Assembly (NCBI GenBank): GCA_009602725.1
Contig: WELB01000026.1
Location: 28,454 to 71,461, forward strand
DNA length: 43,008 nt
Direction of reading: 5' to 3'
DNA from: Spirogloea muscicola
Taxonomy: Eukaryota
The position numbers were made by a program, and so were the translations under genes. Below, piece by piece: positions 15,531 through 27,769 of the stretch. Position 1 is the first letter of the stretch. Every line of letters begins with the position of its first letter. The notes under the pieces are model-generated. The model saw only the letters and a list, made by a program, of their open reading frames with translations. It was not told the origin of the DNA and did no database searches.

Positions 15531-15643
15531 GGTTGGGCTCCTTTTCCGATGGGCCCGAGCGGCGCCCAGCTGGGGCTCCGTGGCGGCACCTGCTCCTGGC
15601 TCTGGCCAGGGGTCCCGCTTCCAGGAGCCTAGCGTCTCTGACC

Positions 15644-15940
15644 GCATGCGCCTGGCCGTATCGCTTCAACGCTCCCTTGCCCACGCCGTCCACACGCGAG
15701 CAGGCCGTGCTATGGCCGCCGCCTCTTGGTCTCGGCGGAGCGCCTCTTTCCCTGCAGCGAGCTACTCAGACCTGATGTTGCTCACTCGTGGGTACTGAGC
15801 TTCCCTCTGCATCGTCTCTGTGTTCTGCAGTGTCTTGTAGTGTAGTCCTTTTTCCGGCTCCTCTTTCTTTGGCTTTGGACATCGTCCATTCTTTTTTGAG
15901 CTGGCTTTGCCAGCCCCTCTTCTCTATGGGCGCGCACTTC
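15644..15940 (+). mobile_element. 5'-truncated family-B retroelement with 9-bp TSD
   Basis: RMRLAVSLQRS...LLTRGY* plus a 3' UTR near-identical to 5216-5565. TCTCTGACC at 15635-15643 and 15941-15949. Confidence 0.92.
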
Positions 15941-15960
15941 TCTCTGACCTGAGGCTGCTT

Positions 15961-17110
15961 AAGAGCAAGCGCGGCCAGATTAACTGGTGGCTGGGAGAGG
16001 CCAGCCCAAAAGAATGGACAAGGTCTGAAGGAGTCGGAATGCTAAGGACTGCGACAGCAGTAAGCGAACTCTCAGTAACCTCTCGTCAGTAGATGCAAAT
16101 CTGAGTAGCTAGCAGGCGGAAAGACGTCGCCCTGACGGAAGCCGGAGGCCGCCGCCAGAGCGCGGCCTGCGCGCAAGTGGAACGCAAAAGCTAGGGACCG
16201 CTGCAAAGAGACGGCAAGGCGCATTCGGAAAACTTGGGCGAGGGACCCGGCGACATGGAAGCCAGGCTGCTCGCCCTGCTGCCCGTTGCGGCGGGCCGCT
16301 GCTCGCCGCGCAAGGCGGTCAAGCCATTTGGCGCCAAAGGCGCCGTGTACGTCGACGGCGAGTGGGATAAACTCGTCGCCTACCGGGTGATCCGAGTACT
16401 TGCGCTCCTTTGCGTCGGCCGCCTGGCGGACGGCGTAGCCCGCCTCCTCCGCCGAGCGTGTAGCGCTCCTGGAATCCAAGGAGTCCATTGTGACGACGTC
16501 GGCAATGAGCCGAGGCCCCCCGCCGAGCGCGCTAGCGACGAGATCGGCGCACCGGGTGTGGAGGCGGCCGTCCGCCCCAGCAGTCAGAGGCATGATGCTG
16601 GAGTTCTCCAGCGCCACAGTGTAACCGGCTTCGACAAATATGCCGAACATCGCGTTCCGGAGCAGGTCGTGTGTGCCGGTCCGCTCCCCTCCCCGTGCGC
16701 ATCGGAGCATATGAGCCGCCAGTGACGCCGCGTCCGGGCTGCGCTCGCCGCACTCGCATTGTTGTACTCCACCTAGGCATGGTGGGTGGAGGCCGAGTAG
16801 GCGGTGCACCGCCGTTCGGAATGCGTCGTCCGGCATCCGAAGCACGTCGTGGATTGGCAGAGCAGACAGCCAAGCAGCCGCCCCTGGTGAGGACGCCGAG
16901 AGCAGGCGCGCGCCCCCCCGGAGGTTAGCTGGAGGCAAAAGCCCCAGCGCCGTGGAGAAAGACGCCGCATCTACCTCCGCCATGCAGCGAGCTTGGGCCC
17001 GCAGGTCGGCCGTGCGCGCGAGGAGAGCGAACGGGACGGCCCGTGGCACCAGGGCGGGGTGATCCGCAAGCAGCAGCTCATCCCGGGCTGAGCGGAGAGC
17101 CGTCTGGAAT
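15961..17110 (-). mobile_element. Family-A retroelement 3' portion with an open CCHC + RLE endonuclease frame (16072-17049)
   Basis: AWLSALP, CECG..HMLRC, HDLLRN, RCADLV, IADVV, KERKY, PLAVDVHGAFG, LLTRGY*. The 3' UTR matches 17609-17719. Confidence 0.92.
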
Positions 17111-17117
17111 GGCAGCA

Positions 17118-17222
17118 GTGGTTACTGAGAAATCCTCCGTAGCTTCTTTTTGTCTTGTTGTGCTTGTGTTTCTTAGCGCTTCCCCTTGGCCCCCTTCTCG
17201 GACTTGGTTCCTTCCTTCTTTA
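17118..17222 (+). mobile_element. Short retroelement 3' end (family G)
   Basis: gtggttactga (..GY*) followed by a pyrimidine-rich UTR resembling the minus-strand piece at ~5740-5810. Confidence 0.45.
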
Positions 17223-17234
17223 CGGCTTAAAATG

Positions 17235-17963
17235 GTCCTCCCTCATCCAGCATCTGGCCCGGCTGGTTGATGCGCGTCGTAAAAGTCGGGGGGGCAGCTT
17301 GGGCCACTCCAGCATTCCACAGGCCTTAATTGCATATTATAGAATGCGGCTCTCGCTTTGTTTGCTGCGCTCGCAAGCCTTGGCTCTTCCGCGACGAGCA
17401 GCAATGCGAGCAGCCTGGCTTCCATGTCGCCGGGTCCCTCGCCCAAGTTTACCGGATGCGCCTGGCCGTCTCTTTGCAGCGGTCCCTAGCTTTTGCGGTC
17501 CACTTGCGCGCAGGCCGCGCTCTGGCGGCGGCCTCCGCCTTCCGTCAGGGCGACGTCTTTCCGCCTGCTAGCTACTCAGATTTGCATCTACTGACGAGAG
17601 GTTACTGAGAGTTCGCTTACTGCTGTCTCAGTCCTTAGCACTCCGACTCCTTCAGACCTTGTCCATTCTTTTGGGCTGGCCTCTCCCAGCCACCAGTTAA
17701 TCTGGCCGCGCTTGCTCTTCATCAACGTGCAGGGCGCGCTCTAAGTCGGGCCTCCGGCTTTCGTGGCGGCGCTCCAGCTCCCCAAGTTAGCTTGTCCGAT
17801 TTGTTTGTGCTCTCCCGTGGGTACTAATGTCACCTTAGGCACCTTAGTTTAGGTCTCTATATTATGTAGCCTTGTTTAGTTTGCACTCGCCTCTGCTTGA
17901 ACTGTGTATCGGCTTGAATTGGCCTCCCTTTTCATTTCATGCGCCCCGCGCGCCTTTCCTTCC
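17235..17963 (+). mobile_element. Family-E retroelement 3' end interrupted by a family-A copy (17390-17713)
   Basis: Removing the insert and one GCTCTTC copy restores YYRMRLSLCLLRSQALAL|HQRAGRALSRASGF...SDLFVLSRGY*. UTR matches 6629-6706. Confidence 0.88.
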
Positions 17964-17964
17964 T

Positions 17965-18360
17965 TTGGGCTGGCTTTTCCAGCCCCCTATCCTCAATTGG
18001 CGAGCCGGGATGGGCCCCGGCCCCCGAGCGCCGGCAGGCGCCTCCTCCTCCTCTGGCCTGGCCACTCACAGCCATCGCCCTCAACTGGAACACAAAGACG
18101 CTTCCAGGAGACGCTTCTCGGGGAGATTAGTGTCCCCCTTAGCCAGCTCATCACCCAGTCAACAGGACATCTGTCAGGCCAGAATTGGCCTACCTTCCAA
18201 TTTCATGCGCACCGCGCGCCTTCTCTCTCTTTCCAGGAGAGGGCGGTGGCTGTGAGAAGGAGAGGCCAGCCCAGAAATAAGAATGAAGCACTACTGGAAG
18301 AGTCGTCCTTCCTCCAAAGAAAGTGGCTCGGCTTAAAGGGGCCGAGGGCTGTAAAAGAGA
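17965..18360. repeat. Cluster of short retroelement 3' terminal motifs, both strands
   Basis: gggctggcttttccagccc (17967), ggccactcacagccatcgccc (18060), E-like gaattggcc..catgcgc (18182), and minus-strand gggctggcctctc (~18260-18272). Confidence 0.65.
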
Positions 18361-18361
18361 G

Positions 18362-20705
18362 AAGACGCTTCCAGGAGAGGAAATGCATGTGTATTAAGAG
18401 ATGGGGAGGCCATGTGTGGCCAAGTACAAGGGCAAGCACTTTGACAAATGTACGTCACCTGCTGCTAAGCTGACCCGCTCAGTAACCACAAATCAGCACA
18501 TAGAGGTCGCTAACTGATGCTCGAATACCGGACGGCAATCGACAAGCTCTTGAACTACCAGCTAAGGCTCGACCAGCTTTCTGATGCAACGCATGAGCCT
18601 GAGCTCGCTGCAGACAAGCTGACACTCAACGACGCAAGAATGACAAGTAGGCTGCCGGCATGCCCATCTGAGCTGGAAGCATATCCTCACGTCGAGCATA
18701 TCCCAAACTTGCGATATTCTCCAGTAAGGTGTGGAAGCGAGGGCCGATGCAGCCGAAAGTATCGATTGCCGCCGGTAGGAGGTGGTCGCTGCGGGAGTAG
18801 TCAGAGTAGTATCGTAGCTTTCTCTGCTCAGCACCTCCCACTGCGTGGCCAGCAATGTGCATCGAAGCGGAACTCTTGTATGCCTCCGTCACCACCACAT
18901 CAACCAAGGCTCGTGGGCCTCCGCCAGGTTGTACACCCACAATCTCCAGGGTGCGACGGTGATGGCGTCCCTGGGAATCCGTGGTGATGGGCATTACATT
19001 GCTTACTTCCACAATGGCGCGATAGCCGGCGTCGCGCATCAGGCCCTCCAGGGCGTCCCGTAGGAGATCATGGACGCCCACCATTTTCAGGGCCTGTGGG
19101 ACACCCCAGCATGTGGGTGGCAAGGTCTCCGCCCTCCGCACGGAAGCCACACTCACACTGAGTTACTCCAATCAGGCAGGTCGGGGGCAGGCCCAAGAAC
19201 AGCTGGAGAAGCGTCCGGAATGCTTCAGGGCTGACTCTGAAAGCGTTGTGGACGGGGTGCATTGTGAGCCAGTCCGTTGCCCCAGGTGTTGCAAGCGATG
19301 TGCGACGTGCCAGACTCCTTGGATTGGTCAAGATATCTGGCATCTTTCCAATGTCTTGGGACGCTCATCCTCAACTGCAGCAACGAGTCTGGCCTGTGCC
19401 CCTTTGTCTGATGCTTGAGCAAGCGCTGAGAAGGGAGTGAAGAGGGGTCGCAGGGAGGGGAAGGAGCAGAGTGCTGACTCGCGGGTGCTTCTCAGTTGCA
19501 CTTGCAATGCCAAGGAGCCTTCCTCCACCTCGGCTGCAGGGCTCGCCAGACAAGGGAAACGCAAGGGGAGGAGGGAGGCAACCTGGTGCCAGCAACCGAG
19601 AATGGCTGCCTGCGCCGTCTGTTCAAGTGACCGGCAGCCCAGGCCGCCCATGCGCGTGGGAAGGGATGCCTGCAGGGAGGATGAAGGTGAGGGGAAGGAT
19701 GGGTGTTGAATCAGGGAAGCCAGGGTTTGCAGGAGGGAGGTGTCGAGTTCCTCGTACAGCTCGCCCACCATGTCCGTTGGGGCGACTGTCCGCTGCAGGT
19801 AGCCCGCTCGTTGACCAATGCAGCGAGTAACGATGGCCAGCGCCAGCTGCGGATCTCCGAGGAGAGGAAGGGAGGAAAGGGGGGCAGGGTGTTGCTGCAG
19901 ACGTTCGCGTAAGTCCTCCGCAACGTGGGATGGTGTGCCAAGGGGAAGTTTGAGAACAGCCAGCCCATTGGCAGGGGTCTGGCAGCCTGGTGGGAGCTGG
20001 AGGTTGGTGGGGAGGCCGCGTGGTGACCATGCCACATTCTTGGGGGGGCAAACCCGCAGGCCCATCGTGCTCAGTTTGTGTACGAGCAAGGGATAAGCCG
20101 CCATGACTTCTGACGGTGGGCCGACGATATGTGTGGCATTGGCGTAGGAGGGGAAGAGGAGGTTGGGGTGCAGGCTCTGGGTGCGCCGTAGTGACCGGGA
20201 ATGTGCCAAGGCGAAAAGTATGGGGCTGAGGAGATCTCCCTGGCGTGTGCCAATCGTGGACCATAAGGTCGTCCAAGACTCCTCCGAACGCCACAGCAGC
20301 CGCCCTGGCCGGCCATTGGCAATGAAGAAATAGGGGATCAAGGAAGGGAAGTGATCACGCAGCTCCTCCATGATGGCTGCGCTCCACAGAGTTGAATGCA
20401 TTGGCTATGTCCAGTCTAAGGACCATGTGTGATGGGTTGACATCCAGAGCTGCACGGATCCCGTGGACGAGGGCCTCTGCCCCGCACGACATGCCAGCAC
20501 CAAACTGGTGGGGTGGAGAATGGGTGGACAGCTGGGACTTTAGCTCGCCGCACAAAGCCTTGGTCACCAGCCGCATGATGACTTCCGTCGCGGCGATGGG
20601 CCTCACACTACCTGACGGCTTGGCCAGAGCCAGCAGGTGGCTGGAGTTGAGAGCGTCGGCGATGCGGGGGGGAATGGTGGCTCTGGAGATATGCAGCGCA
20701 GGCCG
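18362..20705 (-). mobile_element. Degenerate family-D non-LTR retrotransposon (RT + CCHC + RLE), frameshifted
   Basis: LALAKPSGSVRPIA, QFGAG, LDIANAFNSV, GTRQGDLLSPILFA, SYANATH (YADD mutated), LPTRMGGLG, WLTMHP, CECG, HDLLRD, VDVVV, RKLRYY, IDTFG. Confidence 0.93.
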
Positions 20706-20734
20706 CCTATGCAACCTTTGATGCAGGCATCCTG

Positions 20735-20960
20735 GCCAGCACAGCGGCCCTGGTCCAACACCCGGCCTTCCTGGAGACGCCGGCTGCGGTCCAACAGGCC
20801 TCCCTGCCTGTGAGCCGCGGGGGACTAGGCTGCCGCCCGCTGGCTCGTGCCTGCCGGGCAGCACACCTGGGGAGCTGGGCACAGGTTGCGGCTTCGGTGG
20901 CCAGCGATTCATCCGGCATGGGGGTCGCCTCCTGGAGCAGGCGGCAGCGGACGTGGAGAC
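20735..20960 (+). mobile_element. Internal RT-thumb fragment of a related element
   Basis: LVQHPAF...QASLPVSRGGLGCRPLARACRAAHLGSWAQVA, homologous to QASLPTRMGGLGCRSLEQ in family D. Confidence 0.8.
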
Positions 20961-20979
20961 CGGCGCGTTGCCTTTCCAG

Positions 20980-21238
20980 AGAAGGGCTCGCCCATTGATA
21001 GGGGCTGGAAAAAGCCAGCCCAGAAAAGAATGAACGAAGGACGAGAAGGGGCCAGGGGAAGTAAGAGGTGGTCCAGGCGGCTCTTCATTCGAAGAAGAAG
21101 TGGCTCTCCCAATGGGGGCAAGGGCTGTGAGAAGCCAGCCCCAAAAGAATTGACAAGGTTCGAAGGGGCCAAACTACGAGCTAAGCAGCGACTGCGGGGC
21201 CTGAAGAGGCTATGGCAGAACGGGGGAGGATGGACCAC
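20980..21238 (-). mobile_element. Family-C 3' UTR (21091-21238) plus a further terminal motif (~20980-21045)
   Basis: Near-identical to 27160-27303 and 27590-27733. Ends gagccacttcttcttc. Confidence 0.85.
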
Positions 21239-21242
21239 TCAT

Positions 21243-22385
21243 TCCAGCCCGGGATGCGCTGCTTGCGGATCAACCCCCTTGTGCCACGGGCCGTCCCTTC
21301 CGCGCACCTCTCGCGTACGGCCGACCTCCGGACCCAAGGTCGCTTCATGGCGAAGGTGGATGCGGCCTCATTCACCACGGCGATGGGGCTTTTGCCTCCT
21401 GACCACCTCCGGGAACGCGCGCGGCTGCACTGGTATCCTCACCAGGGGCGGCAGCTCGGTTGTCTGCCCTGCCGATCTACGACGCGCTTCGGACGCCTTC
21501 CGCACGGCTGTGCATCGCCTCCTCGGCCTCCACCCACCTAGCCTAAGTGGTGTACAGCAGTGTGAGTGCGGAATCTTGGGCAGCCCATGTACTCAGGTGC
21601 GCACGGGGAGGGGAGCGGACCGGCACCCACGACTTGCTCCAGGATTGCGATGTACGGCATATTTGTTGAAGCCGGTTACACTGTGGCGCTGGAGAAATCC
21701 AGCATCATTCCTCTGAGTGCTGGGGCGGATGGCCGCCTCCACACCCGGCGCGCCGATCTCGTCGCCAGCGGGCACGGCGGGGGGGCCCGGCTCACTGCCA
21801 ACGTGGTCATCACCGACTGCTTTGATTCCAGGAGCGCCCAACGCTCGTCGGGGGAGGCGGGCTACGCAGTCCGCCAAGCGGCGGGCGTCAAGGAGCGGAA
21901 GTACTCGGGTCACCCAGTGGGAGACGAGTTCGTCCCACTCGCCGTCGACGTACGCGGAGCTTTTGGGACAGGATGGCTTGACCTTCTTCACCACCTTGCG
22001 CGGCGTGCAGGCCCGCGGCCACGGGCAGCAGAGCGAGCAGCCTGGCTTCAATGCCGCCAAGTCCCTCGCTCAAGTCTTCCGGATGCGCTTGGCCATAGCC
22101 TTGCAGCGGTCCCTTGCCTTTGCTGTTCACTTGCACGCAGGCCGCGCTTTGGCGGCGGCCTCCGGCTTCCGTCAGGGCGACGTCTATCGGCCTGCGGAAG
22201 GAATGGCTATTCCGATTTGCATCTACTGACTAGAGGTTACTGCGAGTGAGAGAGAGTGTGAGTCCCCTTGCTGTCGTCTGAGCACTTGAGTCCCGTGCTT
22301 TCTGCGCCATCCGGCTTCCTCAGACCTTGTCCACTCCACTGTGCTGGCCTCGCACAGCCACCAGTCCACCTGGCCGCGCTTTTCC
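21243..22385 (+). mobile_element. Family-A-related retroelement 3' portion (CCHC + RLE, frameshifted) ending ~128 bp before the squalene synthase ATG
   Basis: Collinear with the reverse complement of 15961-17110. RRADLV, KERKYSGHPVGDEF, LLTRGY. Confidence 0.92.
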
Positions 22386-22512
22386 CCTTGTCCGCTTCAG
22401 CCTCACGTCCGGGTCGACGGTGTTCACTCTCTCGCCCGCCCTCCCGCTCTGCCAAACAAGACGAACAGCCGCCCCCGCCTGGCCAGGCTGTGCCCCCCAC
22501 CCCCCCCCGGCC

Positions 22513-25500
22513 ATGGCGCTGCTGCGCCTCCTGGCGGCCGCNCCGCGCTCGCCTTCTGCTACGCCATGCTCGCCCGCGTCTCCCGCTCCTTTGCCGTCGT
22601 CGTCCAGCAGCTCGGGCCCTCGCTCCGCGACGCCGTCAGTGCCCGCGCCCCCGCCCTCAGCAAAGCCCGCGTCGCTTCTCGTCGTCAGCCACCTCGCCTT
22701 CGCCACCAGCCCCTCCCCTCCCCGCCCTGTGCTTGGCAGCTCAGCTAGCTCCGCTGACTGGCCGGCGCTGCTGGCACCTCGCACCCGCCGCCCCTTCTGG
22801 GAGCGGCCTCAGTCACCCCCGCCCTCTCGGCGGCTCGTCGACCGCCCTGACCAGCTGCGCCTGCTTGTCCCCGTGAAACCTGCTCAGATTTGCATCTTCT
22901 ACCTCGTGCTCCGCGGCCTGGACACCGTGGGTGAGTGCCTTCTTCCTCACTGCTGTGGTACTGAGTGCCCGCACCGACGCCAGAGCCAGGAGCGCTGCCT
23001 TGATCCACTGCTCGAAAGCCTGCGCGGGCATCAGAGGACGACATGGCCATCTCGGTCGAGACCAAGCTGCCCATCCTGCAATCCTTCCACAAGCACATAT
23101 ACGACCCCAAGTGGAACTTCAGCTGTCAGTGCCTCTGCCCTCTCCCTTACGTCTTATGTCAGCGAGCCCCTGCGCTCCTGGCCGCTTCACTCTGACAAAG
23201 AATGCCGGATCTCGGGCCCCAATGATGCTTGTTGGGCACAGTGCCCTCCACTGCTGCAATTGTGACCTGAGGCTGCGACAACAATGCTCCTGCATATCCC
23301 GGAATACTTGGGCGCCCTGTGACTCCAGCTTCAGTCATTGCAGAGCTCATTGAGGGCCAGGACAAGAGGGGCTTGGCTTTAGCACACAGGAGTAAGTTAT
23401 ATCACCACTTCTCTTTTGGCCAACATTCTTGCCATGGGTGGTGGCAGGTGGGGAGAAGGACTACCGGACTCTCATGGACAATTTCCAGACTGTCATTGGG
23501 GCTTTCCTCAAGCTGGATGAAGCGTGTGTACACGCTTCCAGAGTCGCATGCTTGCCAATGTATACTTCATAGGTAGCATGCGCGGGCAATATTTTGCTTG
23601 TGGCAGAGTCTGCTTAGATTTTGAACCACTCCCGGAATGCTCCCGGAATGTTCCCGGAATGCTCTAATCCTGGTACACGTGTAGGTACCAGAATGTCATT
23701 GCAGATACCACAAGGCGAATGGGTGATGGGATGGCTGAGTTTATTGTCAAAGAGGTGAACTTGTCAGGTGCCCTCCACTGTCCAGGCTCAACGTCCAGTT
23801 CACCTGCAGTCTGTGCACGTCCTTTAGCCACTTGCCCTATTCAACAACCCCTCCAACACACCTGCATAGCAAGACCGTGTCCAACTTCTGTATGTCTGCC
23901 GACACTGATGCAGGTGATTACTGTGAAGGATTATGACCTGTATTGTCACTATGTTGCCGGTTTGGTGGGGATTGGCTTGTCGGAGCTCTTTGTCGTCGCC
24001 AAGCTGGAAGAGCCCGTGTCTGAGGCACTCTCAGAGTCCATGGGCCTCTTCTTACAGGTGAATTGGTACAGGAGAGTGCACAAATCCAGTGCTTCCTAAG
24101 GGCTGCGCTTCCAAGTGGGTGCTCATCTTCTGCTTGGCTTCTTCAATTGCAGAAGACCAACATCATCCGTGACTATCTTGAGGACATCAATGAGCTGCCT
24201 GCCCCACGAATGTTCTGGCCCAGAGACATCTGGGGCAAGTACGGGGAGTCGTTGAATGTCAGTTCTAAACTTCTCGGTCTATCCATAACCCTCGGCCTTG
24301 TTACACCGTCACCAAGCATGGGTTACTTGCGTGAGGCTCAATACATGCTTGACATTATCTTGCATACCTCTTCTGAAAGAGAGGCAATGGACCAACACTG
24401 TGCAGGATTTCAAGAGTGCCGAGCCTCATGTCCAGAGGAGGGCAGTACATTGCCTGAATGAGTTGGTGACAGACGCTCTGCGTCATGCCTGCGACAACCT
24501 CGAATACATGGGTCGCATCAATGATCAGGCCATCTTTCGCTTCTGCGCTATTCCACAGGTTGTCAGCCTCTCCAGATTGGCAAGTGTTCATGCAAGTCCG
24601 GGTGTGACTGCACCCTGTTGTGGACTCGTTCTGGTCACACATACAGTGAACTGGTGTGGACAATCAAAGGCGTACATGTTCTGCAGGTCATGGCCATAGG
24701 TACGTTGGCCATGTGTTACCAGAATGTGAAGGTCTTTCAAGGAGTTGTCAAGCTACGGAGAGGTAAGCTTCCTAAGATGTGAGCAGGCTGCTAAAAAACT
24801 CTCTGCACATCTGGATCTGCACTGAGTTGTGAGGCTTGTGTTACTGAAGTTGGGGGCAGGGGTCTTTCTTAGCTGTGCTGACTGTCTCTTGCTGGCTGTG
24901 TGAGTAGGGCTCAGCGCCAAGATCATGGACCGCACCCGTTCTATGGCAGATGTCCTTGCTGCATTTCATGGCTTTGCAGCCGACATAAAGTTCAAGGTCT
25001 TCTCACTTACTCATAACAACAGTAACAATGCAACAACTCTGAGGTGTCTTCCAAAGATGACTGGCTGCTAGAGGGAAGCATTCTTAACTCATATCACGTT
25101 GCGTGCTTTTATACACTGGACACAGGAGTTCCTGGTGTTTGAGCAGGAACTGCAGTCATTTGTAGGCCTGTAATCATTATTGAACTTCTGTCAGCATCTT
25201 GCAGGTGCAGAGGGATGACCCAAATGCAGAGCTCACAAGGAAAAGCGTTGACAAGATCCAAAATGTTTGCAAGGGCTTTGGCATAGATTTCTCCCCGTAT
25301 GCATCTTCCTGACATTTCTACTCCTATTATCGAAGCTCCCTCTTCAATTTGCTGGGAAATTGCTACCATGCCATTGCTTTGCCCTGATGCAACATCTGGT
25401 GGGGTTCAATGCAGGAGCAATCGAACTCTGAACGGCAATACAAGTGCACCAGCAGTGTTGGTGAGCTTCAGTTCTCTGCCTTGTCAACATACTGAGATCT

Positions 25501-25953
25501 CCCTTGGTCACAGGGAATGACAAACTTTCGTGCACTTGCATGTCTCATGTGAGGTGTCTGCCTTCGAAGCAGAAGAGAGTTTACCTTTCCACATTCTTAA
25601 TTGTCATGCAAGTGGGTCATGCACAGGTCTTGTGGTGCACGTTCGTGCTGTTCCTGGTCTACGCATATAGCCTACCCAAGAGAGCGGCTGAGGATGGAAG
25701 TTCTGCAGTGCTGGCAGCTGATTCGATCCTACAGGTATGCATCTTGCTGCGTAAGATCTTGGGCGAGGGGCTTCCAGAAGTTGGTAGCAGGAGAAAAGCA
25801 GCTGCAGTGAGCACATGAACCGTGTGCATACTGAGTTGGTCGAATGATGTGCAGGGCGTGGCAGCGATCCTGGTGGGCGTGATGAGCGCAGTGGCAGTGG
25901 TGATGGTGGGGTTGCAGGCTGGGAAGCAGGCCAAGAATGTGACAGAAATGTGA
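22513..25953 (+). CDS. SQS: Squalene synthase (farnesyl-diphosphate farnesyltransferase), multi-exon, with two predicted C-terminal TM helices. N at 22542 in exon 1
   Basis: [83 protein letters not shown]. The last exons are less certain. Confidence 0.95.
23630..23662 (+). repeat. Intronic 11-bp tandem repeat x3
   Basis: tcccggaatg[c/t] repeated three times. Confidence 0.9.
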
Positions 25954-27114
25954 GTGAGTGGAGGCGAAGGTCTTTTTCAGGTGAAGGGCTCTGACGCACT
26001 CCGTTGGCCCTAGGGGCCCTTGTAGACAGGGAGAGAGCTAGTGGAGAACGGCAGAGCATCCTTGAGGTCTTGCGGCTGGCAATTGGCAAAGAACCCTCCC
26101 TTGGGTTGGCGCATCTCCCTGGGCCAGCGTGTCACAATCTTGGCTACTGACCAGGGAAGGTGCTGCGGTCCTTGGAAGCTTTCGCTGATCTCAGCGAGCT
26201 TCCCCTGTTTATCTTCTTGATGGTGCTTCTCCTTCGTCTTGTATGGCCTGGACCCCTCTGCAGCCATAAGTGCCGTCGGCTGTTGAAGCTTTACTATACC
26301 TTTGCCAATATGGCTTGTGCTGCCCCAGCACTCCTCCATAATACAAGCCCAATTGCTGCTGTTATCATTGTCACCCCCCAGCGCACACGCCCCCAGCCTG
26401 TGGCCCACCATTGCGCGTAGGGAGGTGCCACTTCTCAGCTGCAGGCCCTGAGAGTGGGGTAAAGAGGAGCTGTGGGCATGGTGAATCAAGTAGGTCATTG
26501 AAGGACAAGGCAGCCTTTCTCCACAGTTGACCTTCATAACTCAAGGCGATACTCAACAGACGTTCTTTGGGTCGTCTGAGGTACTGGTAGGTCGCCAGAG
26601 AAAACAGATGGGAGCAATAGCACTTCTTGGGGCCTGCGGTCTTTGTGTCAGCTGGCGAATGATTGAGGGTGAGGGAAGAGGGTGGCATTAATGGGCTCGT
26701 CATGCACCTTGCATTCCAAACCTCAGTGAAACTGGGGCCTTGTTGAGGGGAAGTCGAGAGAAAGGAAATTTCGTGTATTTGAAAGGATGGTGTAAATGCT
26801 GACGCTTGGACACTCTAATGAAGCTGTACTTAGCGCAGACAGGGTAGGCAGACAGACTGTCCCTGCCCAGAAAAAGTAGAGAGGGGGGGATTGCTGGAAT
26901 CTGGGATCGTCTGAAAACCCCATTGCAAAGTTGCAAAGATGGGTAAAGGATACTTCACGACCCGAGCCGGAGGCCAGGACGGGTGCTCCGTGCCAATTTG
27001 TCTGCGAGAAGTAGTGAGTGCACTTGCTTGCGAAGGAGTGTGGCAGCAAGAGGCAGACCAGGAGGGAGGCAAAGTCAGGCCAGCAGCGGTGGCAGAACGG
27101 GGCCTCGTCCAAGC

Positions 27115-27765
27115 GAGAGCAAGAAGTGAGCTTCTTCCAAAGGTGGCGGAGGCTGTGAATGAAGAAGTGGCTCTCCCAATGGGGGCAAGGGCTGTGAGAA
27201 GCCAGCCCGAAAAGAATTGACAAGGTTCGAAGGGGCCAAAGTACGAGCTAAGCAGCGACTGCGGGGCCTGAAGAGGCTATGGCAGAACGGGGGAGGATGG
27301 ACCGCTTAGTAGTTACGAGTGAGGAGCCTCACATCCGACAGACTAGCTGCCGGTAAGAAGCAAGCGCGGCCAGATGAACTGGTGGCTGCCGGTAAACTAT
27401 CCCCCTGACGAAAGCCGGAGGCCAATGTGAATGGCCAGCCCAGAAAGAACGGACAAGGTCCAAACTCAACACGAGAGGGCTGCCAGTCCATGCCTATCAC
27501 CGCTGCAATCGCCAGAATCGCGAGGAGCTGGCAGCGAGTTCACAAGTGCCTGGCACCGTCCGGCCTCCCACCACCCCCTTCTTCAGAGAAAGAAGCGGCT
27601 CTCCCAATGGGGGCAAGGGCTGTGAGAAGCCAGCCCGAAAAGTATTGACAAGGTTCGAAGGGGCCAAACCACGAGCTAAGCAGCGACTGTGGGGCCTGAA
27701 GAGGCTATGGCAAAAGGGGGGAGGATGGACCACTCCGTAGTTACGAGTAAGGAGCCTCACATCTT
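27115..27765 (-). mobile_element. Two family-C 3' ends (27160-27350, 27588-27765) plus additional terminal fragments
   Basis: DVRLLTRNY followed by the same ~150-bp UTR in both copies. A-like fragments at 27355-27430. Confidence 0.88.
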
Positions 27766-27769
27766 CAGA

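Noticed and set aside
22542..22542. Frameshift or pseudogenisation of squalene synthase (and of the gene at N15469)
   Set aside because: The break coincides with an N in extremely GC-rich first exons, so missing sequence is more likely than a real lesion.
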